From: Ferrimonas balearica
GTDB taxonomy: Bacteria; Pseudomonadota; Gammaproteobacteria; Enterobacterales; Shewanellaceae
Direction of reading: 5' to 3'
NCBI RefSeq assembly: GCF_019802055.1
Contig: NZ_JAHVHW010000007.1
Location: 1,001,403-1,017,402 of the forward strand
DNA: 16,000 nucleotides
Below are positions 14,395 to 16,000 of this stretch, one piece after another (within the stretch, counting starts at the first letter, position 1; every line of letters begins with the position of its first letter). The position numbers were made by a program, and so were the translations under genes. Below the pieces are notes generated by a model, which saw only the letters and a list, made by a program, of their open reading frames with translations, was not told the origin of the DNA and made no database searches.

Positions 14395-14579
14395 CGGCTC
14401 ACTTCCATGAGGTGAGGGGGGTGCTGAGCGGGCGAAACTGCCTCTATTCCGCTAGGCTGAACGGCAATCTGAGTGCGCCACCTGGGGCAATCCACTTTCG
14501 GTGTGGCCAATATTTGTCCTGCACCGAATGGCCGGTGAATCGGGGAAAGTTTCCAAATGGGGGGCGAGGAAACCGCACA

Positions 14580-14597
14580 GCGGCCCCGAAGGGCCGC
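14580..14597 (-). terminator. Stem-loop 8 nt after the kef stop codon; possible terminator
   Basis: GCGGCCC and GGGCCGC form a 7-bp stem with a 4-nt loop. The downstream - strand sequence, TGTGCGGTTTCC, is only moderately U-rich. Confidence 0.4.
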
Positions 14598-14604
14598 TCA
14601 GGAT

Positions 14605-16000
14605 TCAATGAGCGATGTCCGGATCGGACGCGATGTCCTCGGTGTAGCCTTTGGGGGGCGGACACCAGGCTCGATCGCTACTTTCATGGCCCTTCAATCG
14701 GTGATGACCCACCCGACTGCTGGCTTCCTGCACCATGGCAATAAAGGTGGCACGGTAGGCGGCGTTGGAGAATACGTCGTTGTCTTTTTGCCAGTGGGTA
14801 TACAGCTCATCCAGTGTGGATTTCTCATACTGTCGGAACTGGCGGGTGTGCTGCTCGGCAGTAAAGGGGTGCTCTCCCAAGCTGACCAGTGCTTCCCGCG
14901 CCAGCAGTAACGCACCCTCGAAGTACTCCCGGGTGATGAAGTCGGCCCCGGCCTGACGCAGACGATAGAAGTGACCGCGGTCAAACGCCCTGGCCAGCAC
15001 TTTGACCTGGGGAAAGTGGCGCTTGGCCAACTCCACCAGTTCGGTGGCCTGATCCACATTGTCGATGGCCACCACCAACAGATTGGCCTCACTGATGCCG
15101 GCGCTAAGCAACAGATCCATCCGGGTCGCATCGCCGTAGTAGGCTCGGATCTTCACCTGCCGCATCGCTTCAATCTGAGTGGGCGAGAGGTCCAGCACCA
15201 CAGGGTGCACCTCATTGGCAACCAGCATCCGGCTGACCACCTGTCCGAACCGCCCCATGCCCGCGATGATCACCTTGCCAGGTGCGTCGATTTTGTCTGC
15301 TTCGCGCGATTCGGAGCGGCTGAAGCGGGGCTGGATCACCCGTTCATAAAGAATGAACAGCAGTGGCGTCAGCAGCATGGAGAGCGCCACCACCAGAGAG
15401 AGTGTGGGCACGATATCGGGAGGCAGCACCGCGTTCTGGCTTGAAAACGCCAGCAGTACGAAGCCGAACTCACCGGCCTGGGCCAAAGAGAGGCTGAACA
15501 GCCAGCGGTCGCCAAGTCGGATTTTGAACAGCCAGGTGAGGGCGAGCAACACCAAGGCCTTCAGCGCCATCACGCCCAGTGTCAGCCCCATCACCAGGGC
15601 AAAGTCGCCGAACAGGACACCAAAGTCGATGCCGGCACCGACGGTAATAAAGAACAGGCCCAGCAACAGCCCCTTAAAGGGCTCGATATCGGATTCCAGT
15701 TCGTGGCGGAATTCGCTGGTGGCCAATACGACGCCCGCGAGAAATGTGCCCAGGGCAGGGGAGAGTCCTACCAGAGACATCAGTGCGGCGATGCCGATCA
15801 CCAGCATCAGTGCGGCGGCCGTGAAGATCTCCCGCAGCCGCGCCTCGGCAATCATGCGAAACAGCGGACGGGTCAGGTAGTGCCCACCAAGCACTACGAT
15901 GGCGATGGCACCGGCAACCGCCAGGGCTTGTCCCCAACCGGGCAGACCGGCAACCAGACTCAGCTCCTCATGGTGCTCGCTGGCTGCGGCTCCCGCTTGC
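14605..16000 (-). CDS. Glutathione-gated K+ efflux / CPA2 antiporter of the KefB/KefC family; the 5' end lies outside the window
   Basis: The frame stays open beyond the track's GTG at 15894 to base 16000 (..AGLPGWGQALAVAGAIAIVVLGGHY..). It aligns by eye with E. coli KefB/KefC (EFRHELESDIEPFKGLLLGLFF) and has an RCK/TrkA-N Rossmann motif (VIIAGMGRFGQVV) and YYGDATRMDLL. Confidence 0.9.
   Translation of the reverse strand, partial: QAGAAASEHHEELSLVAGLPGWGQALAVAGAIAIVVLGGHYLTRPLFRMIAEARLREIFTAAALMLVIGIAALMSLVGLSPALGTFLAGVVLATSEFRHELESDIEPFKGLLLGLFFITVGAGIDFGVLFGDFALVMGLTLGVMALKALVLLALTWLFKIRLGDRWLFSLSLAQAGEFGFVLLAFSSQNAVLPPDIVPTLSLVVALSMLLTPLLFILYERVIQPRFSRSESREADKIDAPGKVIIAGMGRFGQVVSRMLVANEVHPVVLDLSPTQIEAMRQVKIRAYYGDATRMDLLLSAGISEANLLVVAIDNVDQATELVELAKRHFPQVKVLARAFDRGHFYRLRQAGADFITREYFEGALLLAREALVSLGEHPFTAEQHTRQFRQYEKSTLDELYTHWQKDNDVFSNAAYRATFIAMVQEASSRVGHHRLKGHESSDRAWCPPPKGYTEDIASDPDIAH

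Noticed and set aside
14412-15880. + strand ORFs in the spacer and opposite kef (14412-14744, 14557-14910, 14971-15444, 15353-15880)
   Set aside because: They lack RBSs, are rich in Arg/Gly/Pro/Ser, and overlap the well-supported Kef reading frame on the other strand.
15674-15937. An 87-aa - strand ORF at the right edge, and the apparent kef start at GTG 15894
   Set aside because: The Kef frame stays open to base 16000, and by comparison with E. coli KefB/KefC about 200 N-terminal residues are still missing. 15894 is therefore an internal Val codon, and the 87-aa ORF is out of frame.

Overview
Chromosomal window from a gammaproteobacterium, roughly 55-58% GC by eye, with gene content resembling Shewanella or Ferrimonas. 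Bases 1-7803 hold the downstream part of a SirA/MccA-type octahaem-cytochrome sulfite-respiration locus, all on the + strand. It comprises the 3' end of sirA with its C-x15-CH haem motif, a periplasmic rhodanese, a divergent FKBP isomerase, an NrfG-like TPR factor, a Tat-signal NrfC-like 4x[4Fe-4S] subunit and an NrfD-like membrane subunit, followed by NosL/NosD/NosF/NosY-like genes. This system is already described, but the sequence shows several unusual details: metal-binding-type tails on two accessory proteins, a Tat motif plus lipobox and four surplus Cys in SirC, and internal hairpins. Downstream lie hemG translationally coupled to a cytochrome b561-family membrane protein, a cytochrome b562-like lipoprotein and a canonical membrane-anchored FKBP. 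The least explained stretch is 10115-10971. It contains a 33% GC non-coding island with an orphan intrinsic terminator, which I read as a candidate sRNA of about 90 nt, followed by an orphan 145-aa HNH nuclease gene. The window ends with an MscS-family channel, a convergent NIT-domain chemoreceptor preceded by a 526-bp untranslated spacer, and the 3' two-thirds of a KefB/KefC-type K+ efflux gene that runs off the window. I saw no rRNA, tRNA, CRISPR array, transposase or integrase. All calls come from reading the translations and sequence by eye; no database search was run.
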